Positions 32,820-51,610 of a stretch of 64,000 bases of DNA are shown piece after piece. Below the pieces are notes generated by a model. That model was given only the letters and a program-made list of their open reading frames with translations. It was not told the origin of the DNA and ran no database searches. The number at the start of each line of letters is the position of its first letter. Position 1 is the first letter of the stretch. The translations under genes and the position numbers were made by a program. Source of the stretch: Macrostomum lignano (lineage: Eukaryota); contig NIVC01003698.1 in the NCBI GenBank assembly GCA_002269645.1, positions 1 through 64,000 on the forward strand. Direction: 5' to 3'.

Positions 32820-35800
32820 ACGCCCAGGCTGGAATCGTCGTGACTGTAGCGAGTCTGGGAGCGCAGGTTGCTCAGATCGGAGGTGCTGGAGTAGCGGACG
32901 CTGCCGGACCGGCTGAACGGCGTCGGAGCAACGGAGCTCGGTCGGCTCAGGACGCTGTCAGCGACGGAGGCCGCTGAGGAGGGCGGAGGGCCGCCACCTG
33001 TCGCCGACCGGAGCGATCTGGGCGGGCAAAGTGTTGGTTGCGTAATGAGTTTTTTTATAATTACTGTTATTAAATACTAACAGTGTTTGTATTTTTACCT
33101 GGCTGTCAGGGTGGACATTGAATGCGAGAGATGGCTGCTGGAGAGCTGAAATTATTTTTAAAGCGTGCAGGGATTCAGTTTTGAGTAAATAATGAGTAAA
33201 TAATGTTTTTCACCTGACGGAAAATCCGTGGAAATTCCGCGAACTACCAATAAAGTCTGTCTCATTCTCTCCGGAATTTTTCTGGTTGACTGCTTAGCTT
33301 AACCAAGGACTACTGTAGTACAACAGAACGTTAGACTCAAAGATCGTGTAATTTTTTGAAGGCCTATTTCCTAGACTACATTGATATGCATTGAAATATG
33401 CATTGAAATTCAATTATGTAACTGAAATAATCGTTCAGGAATACCTGCGTGCAACATTTTTTATTACAAATAATTATAAACTTGATTCAAGAAAGAACAA
33501 AAAAGTCTAGCTTTGTATCTACAACTTTGGGTATATGAAATAAAAAGAAAATAATATTTTCCTGTTCATCCTGTTAGGGGGTTCGATTCTCGACCCACTG
33601 GAACAATTTGTGTCCTTGAGCAAGACACTTGGCTCTGCATTGCTTCAGTTCACCCAGCTGTAAAATGGGTGCCAGCATTAGCTGGGGTAATTGAGGCTGT
33701 GTGTGGCGACCCCCCCCCCCCAGTCCTTGGACTGAACAGCCGTACGCAGCCTTCAGACGCACCGCGCAATAGCTGCGGCTGAGCTGTCGGTTGCACTTCT
33801 GGCCCAATTGGGGTAGGTGTGATCAATTTTTATTATTCTGCTATACTACAGTGGTCCTTTTGCTCAATCTGGGATGGCTGACTGCTCAATTCGGGATGGG
33901 AGACTGCTCAATCTGGGATGGGAGACTGCTCAATCTGGGATGGGAGACTGCTCAATCTGGGATGGAGACTGCTCAATCTGGGATGGGAGACTGCTCAATC
34001 TGGGATGGCTGACTGCTCAATTCGGGATGGGAGACTGCTCAATCTGGGATGGGAGACTGCTCAATCTGGGATGGGAGACTGCTCAATCTGGGATGGCTGA
34101 CTGCTCAATTCGGGATGGGAGACTGCTCAATCTGGGATGGGAGACTGCTCAATCTGGGATGGGAGACTGCTCAATCTGGGATGGGAGACTGCTCAATCTG
34201 GGATGGGAGACTGCTCAATTCGGGATGGGAGACTGCTCAATCTGGGATGGGAGACTGCTCAATTCGGGATGGGAGACTGCTCAATTCGGGATGGGAGACT
34301 GCTCAATCTGAGATGCATGTCAGCTCAATCTGGAGATCTTTGCTATCTGGGATATGCTTCGGCATATGGTAAAGTTCCCTTACGCAGTCTCCGAGCCCTT
34401 CATCCAACTCGTCATCTTCTGCATCTTCGCTCAACTCGCTGGAGGAGCCGCCGCCGCCGCCGCCGCCGCCGCCGCTCCGGCCGTCCTCCTGTTCGTCGTC
34501 TCCGGCTGCGTCAATTTCGTCGCCGAACTCGTCGGTCGCCGGTTTGGTCGGAAATTTCTGCGGGCGAAACGCCGCAGCGAATTCGGCCGGGCCGAGGGCC
34601 GCAGGGGCGACGCTGTTATTACTGCTGGGCAGGTTGGCGCCGGTTGCCATGGTAACCAGCTCCTGCGGGGACTCGGCCTCTGGCCAGACAGGCCGAAACT
34701 CGGCGCCAAGGAACAGCTGGGAGGGCTGGCAGCAGTCGTGACAGACGCGGCTCAAATCGCAGCTGAACCACTTGGCCTTGTCGCCAACAGCTGCTGGGTC
34801 GCGCAGGCCGCTGCTGATTCTCTCATAGGCGAGATTGTCAGGCGTCTGGCACCACTCGGCCAGGTATTCAACGGCCTGGGTGCGGGCAAGAGCGTCCGTG
34901 AAGGCGCCGACCGCTCGACGCGGCCGGGAGCGCAGGAAGGCGCGGTATTGGAAGGCCACAACAGGTCTGGGGCGGGCGCGAAGGCAGCGGCTGTGTTCGG
35001 CAGCGTTGCCTGGATAATCGGAAATAAAAAAAATAGTTCAGCATGTCTTTTTATTCACTACAGAACAGTAGTTAGAGCCCTACAGCTTCAGTCGCCAAAC
35101 AAACATACCCTAAAAGAGCACTTAACCTCTGAACTTCTGAAGCGTGCACTGAAAGAGGCATGGTTAGTTAACACTGAAGCATGCTTTGACCCTGAAGCAT
35201 GCTGTGACCTTCAAGCATGCCATGATCTTGAAGCATGCTGTGACCTTGAAGCATGCCGTGGTATTAAAGCATGCTGTGACCTTGAAGCATGTCGTGATAT
35301 TGAAGCATACTAAAGGTATGTCTAAACCCCCCCTCCCAACCCTAATCCTCACCAAGCAGCGCTGGCGACGCAAAAAACTGCGCCATAGCGACGCGAATAC
35401 CAACATCAACGGAGTCAACGTCGTTGCCGAACACCAGCTGGTGACGCATCGACGATGGCGGAGGCGGCGGCGGGAGCTGCGACTGACCGGACGAAGTGGC
35501 CACCAGGGAGTCCAGGTTGGCGATAGGCCGTGACTGGCTCTCCCGCATGCTGGTCAGGGCCTGGTGAGGCGATTAGCGTTCGTTAATGTACATTTGTGCA
35601 AAATTATCTCTATAATTATTAACATGATAATTAGGTACCAAAACACCTGGCACTAATTTGTCACACAATTACGTACTTATCATACGAGTAAGTGCACTGC
35701 TGGAGAGCCGTAAAGCAAAACGCTGGGATTAAAAATTCTGTAGCTAAGTGCAATCAACGACCAAAATTGCACAGTGATAAGGATTAGGATAGAGATCAGA

Positions 35801-38800
35801 ATCGGTATCAGGAAGGGATTCGAATAGGGATCAGGAAAGGGATTGGGATCAGGAAAGGGATTAGGATCAGGAAAGGGACTCGAATAGGGATCAGGATCGG
35901 GATTATACCAGGAAAGGGATTCTAATCGGGATTAGGATACGGATCAGGAAAGGGATTATGATCAGGATCGGGATTAGGATAGGGATCAGGATTGGGATCC
36001 TGTCTTGACACAGGAGTTTGGATTCAAGGCAATCAATATTTTTACGAAGGAATGAAGCGAGGGAAATAGGAAGGAAAAAGGAAACAAATGCATATAAAAA
36101 GCATTTCACCTCAAATGGAAAGCATAAATACGCAAAAGGGTTAAAAAGCACTAATTAGTTAGTAAACGTTTTTATTAATTATCAATACTTTACTCTATAA
36201 TAAAAAATAAAAGAAAATCTTGTGCGTGCGCGTGTGTGTACACAGTGCATACTACTCACGAGTAACACACGTAGCGAGTGATTTTTAAATCAAATAATAA
36301 TAAATCGATAGAAACACACAGAGATAAGAGCATTCGCTGAGACTCACGTCCAGATACTGAAATTGGAGAGATATTGCGAGCCATGTATGCATAGCATGCT
36401 GCCATTTTTACTGCGATAATGACATGCATTTAAAAGATTGTGCTGTTAATTATGAGTAGCCAACCAAGCTATTTACCTGATTCAACTGCTTACATAGCAG
36501 TTTCTGCTCCTGTTCGGGCAAGCTGTCCAAATTGCACAGTTTTGACGCGCCGGAGTTCACCTGTAAGGAATGCCAACAAGTGCTAATCATACTACTGATA
36601 AGCAACACAGGTAGTATGCGCAGGAACTTTTTCTAGATTTTTTGAGATTCTAGCGCCAAAAATCGCAGGTGAGATGCTAGCGCCAACTAAAAATTGCAGG
36701 TGAGATTCTAGCGCCAATTAAGAATCACAAGTGAGATTCTAGCGCCAATTTAGCACCGCAGGTGAGATTCTAGCGCCAATTAAGAATCACAAGTGAGATT
36801 CTAGCGCCAATTTAGCACCGCAGGTGAGATTCTAGCGCCATATTTGGCTTCTCAAGTGAAATTCTAGCGCCATATTTAGCTACTCAGGTGAGATTCTAGC
36901 GCCAATTTAGCGCCGCAGGTGAAATTCTAGCGCCATATTTAGCTTCTCAAGTGAAATTCTAGCGCCATATTTAGCTACTCAGGTGAAATTCTAGCGCCAA
37001 TTTAGCGCCGCAGGTGAGATTCTAGCGCCAATTTAACGCCGCAGGTGAGATTTCTTGCAGGTAGGGCAACATGACGCCGCATTTTAATTAGGGAATGAGG
37101 GTAGACAGGAGACCCCTTGACCTCCAGCAATAATCCCGAGGCCTGGGCAGCTGCCCCCTGCCCCTATCTTCCGGGCCCCCTCCACTCTAAGAGCCTCAGG
37201 TACTGCACTGACTAACTGATTACTTAAACTAGCACGCCAAATTCTTCGCAAAACAAAACCAATGGCTCACCTTGGCGGAATCCAGATCAACCAGCAGCAC
37301 CTCCGATGGCAGCTGAAAGTCTGGCCGGCCAGTCAGGAATCCCGCCGGCAAGCCGATCAGGTAGGGCGTCGGCGCCAGCAGCAGCTGCTCGGCGCCTGTC
37401 ATGCCAGCGGGCAGCAGGGGGATCACGGGGAACACGTACTGCAGCGGGTACAGCAGAGCCACCAGGCTCAGCACGCTGTCAGACAGGCATCCGGGATCGG
37501 CCGACTGCAGAGCCACCTTGTGCTCCAACAGCAGGGTGGCCAACACGCGCATGCACAGCCCGGCGCCCAGCCGGCTGAGCGGAGTGTGCACCGAGTAGTC
37601 GGCGAGGGGCAGGCGGGACCGGTCAGGCAGGGCCAGCAGCAGGGGCGAGTAGAGCGACTCGGGCAGCACCGACAGCTGCGGCGTGGTGAGCACACAGACT
37701 GGCAATTTGGACACTTTGACATACTGGCATAGACAGGCAATTTGGACACTTTTACATACTGGCATAGACTGGCAATTTGGACACTTTTACATACTGGCAT
37801 AGACAGACAATTTGGACACTTTGAGTCTTTGACATACTGGCATAGACGGACAATTCGGACACTTTTACATACTGGCATAGACAGGCAATTTTGACACTTT
37901 TACACACTGGCATAGACAGACAATTTGGACACTTTTACATAATGGCATAGACAGGCAATTTGGACACTTTTACATAATGGCATAGACAGACAATTTGGAC
38001 ACTTTTACATAATGGCATAGACAGACAATTTGGACACTTTGAGTCTTTGACATACTGGCATAGACGGACAATTCGGACACTTTTACATACTGGCATAGAC
38101 AGGCAATTTTGACACTTTTACACACTGGCATAGACAGACAATTTGGACACTTTTACATAATGGCATAGACAGGCAATTTGGACACTTTTACATAATGGCA
38201 TAGACAGACAATTTGGACACTTTTACATAATGGCATAGACAGACAATTTGGACACTTTTACATAATGGCATAGACAGACAATTTGGACACTTTGACATAC
38301 TGGCATAGACAGGCAATTTTGACACTTACATACTGGCATAGACTGGCAATTTGGACACTTTTACATAATGGAATAGACAGACAATTTGGACACTTTTACA
38401 TAATGGAATAGACAGACAATTTGGACACTTTTACATACTGGCATAGACAGGCAATTTGGACACTTTTACATACTGGCATAGACGGACAATTTGGACACTT
38501 TGACATACTGGCATAGACAGGCAATTTTGACACTTTTACATGCTGGCATAGACAGGCAATTTGGACACTTTTACATACTGGCATAGACGGACAATTTGGA
38601 CACTTTTACATACTGGCATAGACTGAGAAAGAATGGCGTAACGCTATTATGTGAAGACTGGCTTATCGAACACCTAAAAATGTCATAAGCCCGAATCCTA
38701 CCTGCAGTTTGGTGGCGCCAGGCGCGGGGGCTGGCGCGGACAGCAGGCGCAGGATCCAGGTCTCCACGGCGCGTGTATTAATAAGCGCAGATTCGCTAGC

Positions 38801-39494
38801 AGAGTGCGGCCTCTGCCAGCCCGACAATAAGGCCCATACGGTGTCCCTAGGAGACAGCGAGACGGTTAAAGACAATGTGCGTACATTACATTGCTGATAT
38901 GGGGAGGGTGTCGGTCAGTCTGGAGCGTGTGTACATTGCTGATATGGGGAGGGTGTCGTTCAGACTGGAGCGTGTGTACATTGCTGATATGGGGAGGGTG
39001 TCGGTCAGACTGGAGCGTGTGTACATTGCTGATAAGGGGAGGGAAGCCAGTCAAGGCAATTAAACAGAGCAGTTGAAAGCGACGTACCCAAAGCCGTCAA
39101 CAATGGCTCTAAGCACTCGCAGACACTCGGTCAGCTTCGAATAAAAAGCGTGATGCCCGATGGCGCACAGGCAGAGCGGCAGGTGGCCAAAGCCAGTTGT
39201 GGAAAAATTCAGACAAGCGCCATGGCGCACAGTGCCGGAGTCCTTCTCGGTGAGGGTGAAGCCGAAGCTGCGCCCAGAAGGAGGCAGCGCGGTTGGCCAG
39301 CGCGCCTCCGGCTGGCAGAAGTGCACAATGTCTGGGGGCAGGCTGAAGTCCGCGTGATCAGCTGGCGGGTAGCGGCGGAGCAGGCAGGGGCGGGCGAAGG
39401 CGGCGTCAAGCTCGGAGGTGGTTGGCGCAGGGCCAATCAGCACGACATAGTCTAGCAGGCGGGGACACTGCGACCCCAGCTGAGCACTGCTCAT
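23939..39494 (-). CDS. MADD: MAP kinase-activating death domain protein / DENN-domain Rab3 GEF (AEX-3 family); terminal exon not resolved
   Basis: Phase-consistent exons: 39088-39494, 38702-38846, 37271-37675, 36477-36560, 35353-35560, 34384-35009, 33099-33145, 32707-33017, 31053-31525, 29961-30063, 27716-27790, 25095-25494, 24160-24743, 23939-24030. Motifs: CPRLLDY, FCQPE, LLEHKV.LQS, EQLLLAPTPY, GNDVDSVDV, RPVVAFQ, RTQAVEY, LLEIAYTHY, FWEDLFLD. Confidence 0.93.
25725..26895. repeat. 21-bp minisatellite (GTGGGAGCACCAGGTGAGGCA) in two blocks (25725-25855, 26110-26895)
   Basis: Direct reading; source of ORFs in 26061-27071. Confidence 0.96.
27920..29035. repeat. 74-bp tandem repeat, about 15 near-identical copies, each with a CACGCGA-TTG-TCGCGTG palindrome
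   Basis: CTAGATAAC at 27972 and 28046 (period 74); no unique spacers. Confidence 0.97.
30059..31052. repeat. 29-bp minisatellite making up an entire MADD intron (30064-31052)
   Basis: Unit AAGCTGTGATTCCCCTGCCCAGTTTACTG, about 34 copies, running from donor to acceptor. Confidence 0.95.
31615..32645. repeat. 20-22-bp minisatellite (AATGAAACTGTGTCAGACCC[AC])
   Basis: About 49 copies. Confidence 0.96.
33577..33838 (+). mobile_element. 5'-truncated tRNA-derived SINE
   Basis: B-box GGTTCGATTCT, central GTGTCCTTGAGCAAGACACTT segment and AT-rich tail; matches the copy at 46858-47134. Confidence 0.8.
33860..34315. repeat. 22-bp minisatellite (TGGGATGGGAGACTGCTCAATC)
   Basis: About 21 copies. Confidence 0.96.
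35172..35310. repeat. 18-bp minisatellite (TGAAGCATGCTGTGACCT)
   Basis: About 7 degenerate copies. Confidence 0.85.
35780..36000. repeat. GGATCA/GGATTA-based low-complexity repeat
   Basis: Direct reading. Confidence 0.8.
36640..37055. repeat. 31-bp minisatellite (GCAGGTGAGATTCTAGCGCCAATTTAGCACC)
   Basis: About 13 copies. Confidence 0.93.
37695..38625. repeat. 35-bp minisatellite (GACACTTTTACATACTGGCATAGACAGGCAATTTG)
   Basis: About 26 copies. Confidence 0.96.
38875..39035. repeat. 45-bp tandem repeat, about 3.5 copies
   Basis: GTGTACATTGCTGATATGGGGAGGGTGTCGGTCAGTCTGGAGCGT. Confidence 0.9.
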
Positions 39495-40436
39495 GGTGTT
39501 TGATCATCTGCCGGCGCCTGCAGGTATTATTAAAAATTATTAAATAAAACTCCATAGGGAGAAACAGGGAAAGAATAAGAAATTACATGGTAGCAGACAT
39601 AATTCATGTGCACTTGTTATGGTAGTTTAGTTTTGCAAGTAGCCATTGGTAAGACAAAAGGGAGAAGTGGCAGGGGATGCCCTACTAAGTAGCAACTTCA
39701 TTATATTATCACTTTAGCTATATGAATATTGAATAATTTAAGTGTAAATATATAAAATGGTAGAGTGAGATATAAAGTGGCATGATCAGCATATATAGTG
39801 ATTGAAAACTAGAAGGGTTAGGATAAATTGCAAATGAGAAAAAGACACAATTATGCAATATAGAAATATTCTTTTTGATCTTATTGATATGTAATAATAG
39901 AACACTGCTAGAACTCTCTAGATTTTTATTATAAAATTAATTAAATTAAGAATAGAGTTATATTATCTTAGTATACTAATATCTATAGTATAGCTACATA
40001 ACTAATTTTATCTCTAAACTATAATGGCCATTGACATTTTGTTCTCAGACTATTTTGCATCCAAACCCATATGGTCACAGACCAGTTTGGCTATATTAAT
40101 TGCCAAGCCATACTCAAGAAGATGGCAATAGGCCTACTTTTCCTGTGTATAGTTTGTAGTATAGTGTATAGTCTAACATATTGGTACATAAAAAATAGTT
40201 TATACTTTGGCATACAGAAGTATTAAAATAATAAAATTAAATAAGAAAAAATGAGTTTAAAAAAGGAACAAAACCTATTTTGCTATATACAAAAATGCTT
40301 TATGTGTTTTGCATAATTTTTTTCTAACCATCTATTTTTGCAAATTGCAACTTAAATATACAACAAAAAATAGTTTTTTATAATTGATTATAATTAAAAA
40401 TGTTATTTTAATTAGAAAATTATATATAGAAAAGCT

Positions 40437-41405
40437 GGCAATCCTACACTTCCGTTCGGTAAATTATTTTAACATTTGAATTCGTACCACCGAGTCAAAT
40501 GACGTCAATTGGCAATGTGTCTATGGCCAAAAGTTTGAGCGAACAGAGTTTAAGGGGGTGTCAGTTTAAGGGAGCTGTTGCTTGTGAGCATGGATGAATG
40601 AATAGAATGGATTGCTATTCTGGCTCTGGCTATTTTCGTTTTTGACTCTTTTGCATCCGGTTCCCCCCCCCCGTGCCTTTTCATTGGTTGATGATTGCCA
40701 TAGACAGTTTTCGGCCTTCGCCCCTTTCTTTCGATGCACAAGCGAAAAGAACTGAGAATGTCAGTTACTTGCAGAGAATATCGAGCGCTCGTAGGTCTTC
40801 CCCCTTTATTTCAAAACACGAGCGAAAGCGCCCGTGCATCGAAAGAAAGGGGCGAAGGCCGAAAACTGTCTATGGCAATCATCAACCAATGAAAAGGCAC
40901 GGGGGGGAACCGGATGCAAAAGAGTCAAAAACAAAAATAGCCAGAGCCAGAACAGCAATCCATTCTATTCATTCATCCATGCTTGTGAGCTGCTTGTTTT
41001 TTGAGCTTCAATTTCTCATTTCCCATCGGCTGCACTTCGTAGATCCAGCAGACCCAACAGTCCACACCAACACCGTGGAGGGCACATAGGCCCACGCAAA
41101 GTGCAAGATCTGCAACATGCATAGCACGAGCGATGCTCTCTTCGACTTCGATGCACACATTGAGGAATTCCTCTGGCGTTGTCTATATCCCCAATGTCCA
41201 TTTAGGGCTATCCTGTACTGGATTGGACATTACTATCCATTATAGACACCTTAATGACCTGCAGACACACTCTAAGTGACTATGCGCTCTAACAGACTGC
41301 TACCATGTTCCACTGTTTCAGTTTTGTTTGGTTACATTGTTATTTAACACGCCTGTTCAAAATTCAGTGTCAAAACAATTTACCGAACGGAAGTGTAGGA
41401 TTGCC
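40437..41405. mobile_element. Non-autonomous TIR DNA transposon, Merlin-like (8-bp TSD)
   Basis: TIR GGCAATCCTACACTTCCGTTCGGTAAATT... at both ends (about 45 bp); GAAAAGCT duplicated at 40429-40436 and 41406-41413; GGCAA fits the GGNRM terminus. Confidence 0.85.
40590..40980. mobile_element. Nested MITE with ~150-bp TIRs and 10-bp TSD (MULE/Mutator-like)
   Basis: 40590-40739 is inverted at 40834-40980; GCTTGTGAGC at 40580-40589 and 40981-40990. Confidence 0.85.
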
Positions 41406-44400
41406 GAAAAGCTTAGCTCTGCACTGTCTATTCATCAGAAACTGCAAAGCCATGGCTAATTGAACTAACATCTAAGGTCAAGGAGATTTTTGACTAAGAG
41501 CCATTAACTGATATAATAAAATATGAGCTTTATATTAAATGTTTAAAATGCCCTTTATTTTTGTGGAAATAATAATAGAATAGAATTGAATGGCTTAGGG
41601 CTAACAAATGTTTAAATCAAAATAGAATGCCCTTGCCTTATTAGGCCCTAAGCTGGAACTTGGAACCTCAACCTTAGTCTTTTACTCAACTCAATGAACT
41701 TTTTAGACCTTAGTCTTTCCCTAAAATGAAATTAGAAAGAATTTTGGTGCATAACTTTAGTTTTTTTGGCATACACTAGTGTGCAATCATCCATTGCCAA
41801 AATTTCATTCTAGCATCAGCATGCACTTGCCACCTTCCTAACCAAAGTATGGCATATGGCTAGCAAAAAGCATCAAATTTAAAATAATTATTTCTAACTA
41901 TTAAACTATATAAGAATTATTTCTTCAATTTATCTATTACTTTTATATAAAATTAATATTACTAATGATGGTATGGTGCTAATGCTAAAATTATAACCAT
42001 TGTTATAATTTTTGCTAATCAAAGAGAATTTGTTCAGTCTCCTGTGTGTCCTCAGTTTTTGTTCTTTTTGTCTATGCATACAATGCACAGATATAATTCT
42101 TTTTGTAATGTTTAAGGAAGATTCGAAACATTTCGAAGAAAGATTCGCTTTTAAATTTTCGCCAGACTCGCCCATAAACAACAGTAGTCGTAATTGTCGT
42201 TGACAGGAAGTAATGCTCCATCAGAAGAAGCTTCATTATTAGAAGAAGAAAGCAACGTGTATTTTTTTCTTTGCTTGCTGCATATGTATCGTAGCCTGCG
42301 GCGGCATAGCCTTTATATTTTTTGCAAGGCAATTTAGCAAAAAACATAGTAAGGAATTGAATCAAATCGTACCTGCACACGTAATCGACTTATCGACTTA
42401 TCGGAAAAAATAACTCTTCCTTTAGACAGCCATTCGAACTAGTATTTTAAACGCAGAACATCTCTAATAAAAAACTTTGTATTTCAAAATTTATTTAAGA
42501 AGTAAAAAAGCCATGCATGCAACGTTTTGCTTCTCCTTGAAAAAGTACATGATGAACATGCAAGCGAGCTGAGGCCCTGCATGAAGCATGCATGTACATG
42601 TATGCTCTACTACATGTAAGCACGAAAGAAATTTTTTCTCATTAGAGAAAAGAATCTATATACGTGGGTAGTAAACAACTCAAAGTTAACAGAGGAACTT
42701 AATAATACCAAGTGTAGTGTGTGTGTCAATTTATACTACGATTACGCGGCAAACAGCAGGCTTAGTTGGAAGGCTGCCTTCCAATTCAAAACAATTTGTA
42801 CGGTAAAATGCACTAACTGCGACTGCGGCGTCCTTTATAAACGATATACTGAAGTCGTCCTTGGTTAGTACATGCACATGAGTAACATGCCATGCGTATA
42901 TGTATCTTGCACGAAATTTCTTGCAGAGTAGTAGAAAATTTTATTGCCTCATCGCGAATTATTTACACAGCTACGTACATGTACGTACATGCAACACGCA
43001 CCTGTAACAAACTAAGGAGAAAAGCACTAGATCTAATATTATAAAGAGTTCGACTCTGATATCCACAATTCAATTGATATGTCATGCAGTGCAGTGTGCA
43101 CCATTCACAGATGCATCCTGTTGCACTGTTTTAATCAATAAACGCATTGCATGAGCAGAGAAGTGGGAGAGGCTGCATAACACGCAATATTTTTCTACTT
43201 CTGTTTTTGTGCATTGCCGAGATTTGAGCCCGCAGCTCCCAAAAATGCGCGACATCCACACTCCGACTGCATCCATTCCTTTTCCCTCTGCAACACTTCT
43301 GCTACTCCACCCTTTTCCCTCTTCCTTTCTACTCACCCCATATCATCTATTCCTCTCTTTATTCCCTTGCCTTTCTGCCCCCTCTGTCCTGCTGACACAG
43401 CAGATTCAGTTGGGAGGCGAAATAGGGAATGGAAGGGCGGCTGCTCTCAATGCTGCAGGCCCCCCGTGCGCTCCCCAAGCCCTTAAAGTCGTAATCCTTC
43501 CCTTATTTTTTCCCTCTCTCCACACGGCAGCATACAGGATCTCCTACAGCAACTGCTATATACTGTAGCCAGAATATACAGGCAAGATGGTAGGGGGGAG
43601 TTGGTCAATGTATGTAGCGGGGAATTCCCCTCTGCCCCACACTCATGCAGCCCCTCCTCCCTGTCCAGGGGACCAAGGTCGAGCGTATATATATACACAC
43701 ATACACATGCGCGGCACAGGGACATATAGGAAGAGTTGAGAGCTTGGGGAGCTGAAAAGGACTGGAAATAGAGGACCACTGACGGCAGCATATTTGGCAT
43801 GGAGGGCGCCATACGGGGGGCAGTGTTGTGGCAATAGCAGAAGGGAATGATGGGGCTTGGAAGGCAACTGGGGGATACAGGGGGATAGCAGCATGCAGTG
43901 GAGGAGGCGAAGAGGAGGGGCAGTCGAGTCTTTCACTCTCACTCTCTCTCTTCACCAGTCTCCTTCCTAAGCCTGCATCCCCTGAGGGACTGCAGACCCC
44001 CTGACTGCGCCCCCTGCATGGCATGGCGGGGCCGCAGTCCAGCCTCTCTCCTTCATTCCTCTATTTCTTGTCCTCCAAGCCTATATGCGAAAGCTGCCCG
44101 CTGCCTAGCTCAGTGCAGACTCCTTTCCCCCTCCAGATTGACTCAGCTCCACGCTGAGCAGCAGTTCAAGGAAGGGGAAAGCTGCAAAGGGGGAGAGGGG
44201 CTGGTGTGGAGCGGAACAAAAATAACTCTTCCTTTAGACAGCCCCATTCGCCCAAAGCTTCCTTTATCTGGCCCACTCCTCTCTAACCTTAAATCCCCCA
44301 TCCCCTTTCCAGTTCCCGTTCCATGTCCGAACTGCCTCCTTGTATAGGAAAGGAAAAAAGCGGAGAGACAGCGACAGAGGGAGGAGGAGAGAGAGAGAAA

Positions 44401-45841
44401 AAACGAAGAGTTGTTCGGTGGGTCGGCCGGCAGGGCGGATTTGGGACTGCGACTTCGGGGATTTGGAATCGGCGGGGAGGATTGGGATCCCAAAAAGTCG
44501 CTCGAGGCAGAGGGGCGAGAGAGAGAGAAAATAAGGAATTAGGGAAGTGTGGCAGATTGGGGTGGAGGGGTGAGGGAAGAGCTTCAGAGCGAGTGCAGTC
44601 AGTCTCCGTACGACTGCACCCTCCTCGCCACTGTCCCGGCCAGTGTGGGTTGTCATGACTACGGCGCATTGATTGACAGAGTCCCCTGCCTCTCCGTGTA
44701 CCGCAGTCCAAGCCTCTGTCGCTGCCCCCACAGTATGCCTCCCTGTCGCCCTCTGAACACGAGGAGAGACTTGCTGCCCCGCGGCCGCCAACCTCAAGCT
44801 GATTTCTTCTCGCTTCCTCTGCCCGGTTCTTTGCGTCCTCCTCCTTTCTTGTCCTCCCCCCCCCCCCTGCCCCCAAGCGGGGGATAGGGGAGAACCGGGA
44901 TTGCCGGGAGCCGATTGGTGGCTGGGCAGGAGACACCGCACTCGGGAGGGGGGATAGGAGAGGGTTCCACGGCGACTCCTCTCTCCCGGCGGGACCGAGC
45001 GGGCCGGCATCTTCTCCCGTTCGCAAGCCCAGAGCAGGCCGTCGCGGGAGTCGGAGCACCAACTCAGCTCTTGCTTTGCGCTTTACCCAGATCTTCGAGT
45101 CGCAAAGTAGAGAGCGATCGCGCCAGGCCTTCTCCCAAAAAGGAGCCCTCCTGTTTTCCTTACTCTCGTTCCGCTCCGGCAATCGAGTGAGTCCCGAGCG
45201 CTCGCACCAGGGTCTTGCTTGCTCCCCTCCCCAGAGCCTGCACCCTCACTCCGCGGCTCCTTGGCTCCCCTCCGCTAAGCACTCACTATACTACATTTTG
45301 TCCCTCCCCCACCCTCATCTACCCCGAGCCATCATCTTCTCTCTAATATCCCATCCTCTTGCCTTCTCCTCCCATCCCCTTTTTGCCACTCTCTCGAATC
45401 CTGCGCCTCGAATGCTTGCCGCCGAAGGAGGCGCCAGAGCGTACAGCTAAGCAAGCAGAGCGCAGTGCGCCTCAGCCGGTGCCGAGCATCGCTTCCAACG
45501 CCCTTCCTCCCCTCCCCCTTTATCCCCCTTTTCCTGCTCCTGACCACTTTCATTCTCCATCCCCGTAGGTCATAAACAAACAACGGGACTGAGAGGTCTC
45601 ATTTCTATCTACTCAGCTACTCATCGGGCTCAGGTCAGTAACCGTACCAGCAGGATTGCTAGCAGCCGGCCTGTTTCTATCTGCATCGTTGTCTCCTGGC
45701 TGCAGCTAAGCGCCGGTGGTACCAGAACTGAAGCTCTGAATGGCCCAGCGAGTCGGGTAGGCCAACTCTGAGCGGACACGACAGCGCATCTCTTCACTGA
45801 GTGCCGATTCGTTTCAATCACAAAATTTTTTTCTCGAAAAA

Positions 45842-51610
<5,769 letters not shown>

